The notes beneath the pieces are model-generated. The model was not told the DNA's origin, did no database searches, and saw only the letters and a program-made list of their open reading frames with translations. DNA of 64,000 bases. Source: Basidiobolus meristosporus CBS 931.73 (taxonomy: Eukaryota; Fungi; Basidiobolomycota). How positions within the stretch are numbered: the first letter of the stretch is position 1; the number at the start of each line of letters is the position of its first letter. A program made the position numbers and the translations under genes. Where the stretch lies: assembly GCA_002104905.1 (NCBI GenBank), contig MCFE01000403.1:17073-81072 (forward strand), given 5' to 3'. This document shows, in pieces, positions 61,904 through 64,000 of this stretch.

Positions 61904-63163
61904 CTAGGGACTCCGGATCATTATCAGCTGGATAATGGCATCTTTTGTACCGAGCACCAGCCCAACGATGGCGATGATGGCAATGAGGATGCACCAGACT
62001 CTTTCTGGCCAACCCATGGATTGGAGACCAAAGAGCTTGAGGTACAGGATGATAGGAGCAAGGAAAAGGATTATGGGATATCCAACCCCGCCAATTAAGG
62101 ACATCAGTGGACCGAAGTAAGGAAGAAACACCCCTATGATGGTGAGAATGACTAGGATGAAGCTACGGAGCGCAAAACGAAGGCAGAATGCTTTGAGAGG
62201 CGTGTAGCAGGTGTCGTTAATACTCCACATAATTTCCATCTCGTTGGAAAAACTGATCAGATTGAGGGGAGCAGCCAGGGCGACATGGACTGTGATCATG
62301 ACGATGGCCACCGAAGTGGTGACTCCGTGAGGAAGGTTGGCATAGATAGGAGACATTGTACTGTCGCCATAAACGTAGTAACCAGTGGCACTGATAAGCA
62401 CATACATTAGGAAGATCGTGAAAATGGCGATGGCCAAGGTTCGATTCCACGACTTGGGATGCTTCATGGCCACCTCCACGTGTGGATAGATGGCATTTCC
62501 GCCAAAAGAGAAGGCTATGGAAGTTAAAGCTATAGGTATTCCCGCGGGGACAATGAAGTGATGGGAATTCTCCCGTTGGTTGGGGAGGTCCCGTAATCCT
62601 TCTACAACAGTCACCAGGATGACCACTAGGGTGGTCAGCACTCCGAACACTGAGAGCCAGACAAATTCTTTCAACGACTTGAGGGCTACAAAGGGAACCC
62701 AGACGATCGCAGCAGATATGGCAATCCAGACCTTGCGGTCTATGTCGGTATTAGATAGCTCATGAAGATTGACGCCGGCGAGAATGATGTATATACATGA
62801 CGCACCAAGGAGGATGGTGTAATGAAAGGAGCGGATGAAGTTTTGGCCAAATCGACCATAGGCGGCGTATCCTACAGATGGGTAATCGGGCAATCGACTC
62901 TGTCCATTGTGATATAAGCATTTGATCAGTAGGTTTCCGGTGTAGACAGCTATTGTTCCGCACAGCATCATGAGTAATATGGATATCCAGCCACCTTGCA
63001 TCAGCGTGAGGGGAAGCTGCAATGTGCCGGTTCCGGCCACCACGCAGATCACGTTGAAGTACGCGCCTAAGCTGGAGCCATTCCGTTCTCGGACCACGGT
63101 GTTGGTGGGTGATACATCCAAGGATCCCTTGGATGGTAAGTCGATGGCAAGGTCGCTTCCCAT
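61904..63163 (-). CDS. AAAP/Aa_trans family amino-acid transporter paralogue, single coding exon
   Basis: Continuous ORF with AGTGTLQLPLTL and FSFGGNAIYP motifs. First ATG is at 63163 (the track start at 63205 is GTG). Confidence 0.9.
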   Translation of the reverse strand: MGSDLAIDLPSKGSLDVSPTNTVVRERNGSSLGAYFNVICVVAGTGTLQLPLTLMQGGWISILLMMLCGTIAVYTGNLLIKCLYHNGQSRLPDYPSVGYAAYGRFGQNFIRSFHYTILLGASCIYIILAGVNLHELSNTDIDRKVWIAISAAIVWVPFVALKSLKEFVWLSVFGVLTTLVVILVTVVEGLRDLPNQRENSHHFIVPAGIPIALTSIAFSFGGNAIYPHVEVAMKHPKSWNRTLAIAIFTIFLMYVLISATGYYVYGDSTMSPIYANLPHGVTTSVAIVMITVHVALAAPLNLISFSNEMEIMWSINDTCYTPLKAFCLRFALRSFILVILTIIGVFLPYFGPLMSLIGGVGYPIILFLAPIILYLKLFGLQSMGWPERVWCILIAIIAIVGLVLGTKDAIIQLIMIRSP

Positions 63164-63495
63164 AATTTGAACGAAGTAAAAATCACTGGTGATGACCAGG
63201 CCCACTTAAATAGACCCAAGCCTATGAGTCACACTTGCACTTGGCCGCTTAATTGGGCCCCAAGATCTAGTGAAACGCTACAATGGCTGCTTTCATTGTT
63301 ACGCACACAGCAAGTTGGGAAACTCACCTAACTACCCGGCAAATGGTTATCTAACGACTGGTGGACTTTTGTAAGTCCCATGGTTGCTAGATCTGGATCT
63401 GATTTGACCGATATTTCATACCCCAATTTGATTTGAGGGTTTTAGTTTGTTAGCAGCCAAAGTGTGTTGTCATTAATCTTTATCTGCTACATACG

Positions 63496-64000
63496 ATGGA
63501 CAGAAGCCTCAATGCACCAGGAAACGTGGCTACTATAATTCGAAATAGGGAGCTCAATTTCCAGAGGCCCAACACAACCTACTTGAAGAAGCGGCAGCTA
63601 TATCAGCATGTCTACCCTAACAAGACCCTATACAACATTGCCCTATCCACCTGTATATTCCTAAAGCGATTCACTCCAGACGGAAAGGTATTTGTGTATA
63701 TTGCCAGGTGATTTCCTTCCGCTCCCTATCCTAACACAGACAGAAGTACCTGGTTTGCTTTTCCCGCAACCAGCATGCGATTCAGCTGTATACATTTCTT
63801 GGTCCCTGCTGCCCCAAAATGCCCGACATTGAGTCCTCAGAAGCCGAAAGCGGTGCAATATATCCTTTTGTTGCTAATTCCCTCCGCCAGGACCCTATCT
63901 CGATAGACCATTATCTCTTAACCCAGCCTGCACTTTCCAGCGTTTTCTTCTCGCTCAAGTATGAGAAGATCCTCACCTTTGACCCAGCCGAGCTTCTCTG
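63496..64000 (+). CDS. DET1: DET1 (de-etiolated 1) homologue, 5' part; runs off the window
   Basis: LYQHVYPNKTLYNI...FLKRFTPDG(K)KYLVCFSRNQHAIQLY...FFSLKYE matches the DET1 N-terminus pattern (FHQNVFPNFT...FLRKFSPDGRYFIAFS). Intron 63688 to 63743 or 63746. Confidence 0.8.

Noticed and set aside
1-64000. Prokaryotic origin, CRISPR arrays, rRNA or tRNA genes
   Set aside because: Spliceosomal introns and LTR retrotransposons indicate a eukaryote. No regularly spaced repeat-spacer array or RNA-gene signature was seen; the tRNA-like matches are only primer-binding sites.

Overview
Eukaryotic genomic DNA, most likely from an early-diverging fungus (inferred from short GT-AG introns with CTRAC-like branch sites, a Rhizopus-type GH18 chitinase architecture and a DET1 homologue). 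There are two sharply different compartments. (1) Positions 1 to ~55,400 form a gene-free, strongly CpG-depleted block of nested, decayed transposons: at least two Ty3/Gypsy groups (A with its LTR variant B, and C), Ty1/Copia families D and E, PHIS/Harbinger-type DNA transposons with AAT target duplications (including a 732-bp foldback), CACTA/EnSpm-type remnants and a possible DIRS remnant. (2) Positions ~55,400-64,000 are CpG-normal and gene-dense: DMC1 (10 exons), a secreted GH18 chitinase, two convergent AAAP amino-acid transporter paralogues and the 5' part of DET1. Main hunt result: five of six Gypsy A/B junctions sit at a 4-bp site that contains, or can be reconstructed to contain, a central CpG (GCGC, CCGC/GCGG), although CpG is nearly absent from this block; the sixth (TTGG) fits only if it decayed from TCGG. 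Two of them independently hit the same CCGC at nt 13-16 of the family-C LTR. This suggests a CpG- or methyl-CpG-directed integration system that, together with CpG decay, would funnel new insertions into young repeats. All boundaries were read and compared by eye; no database search or computation was run, and family names A-E are my own labels.
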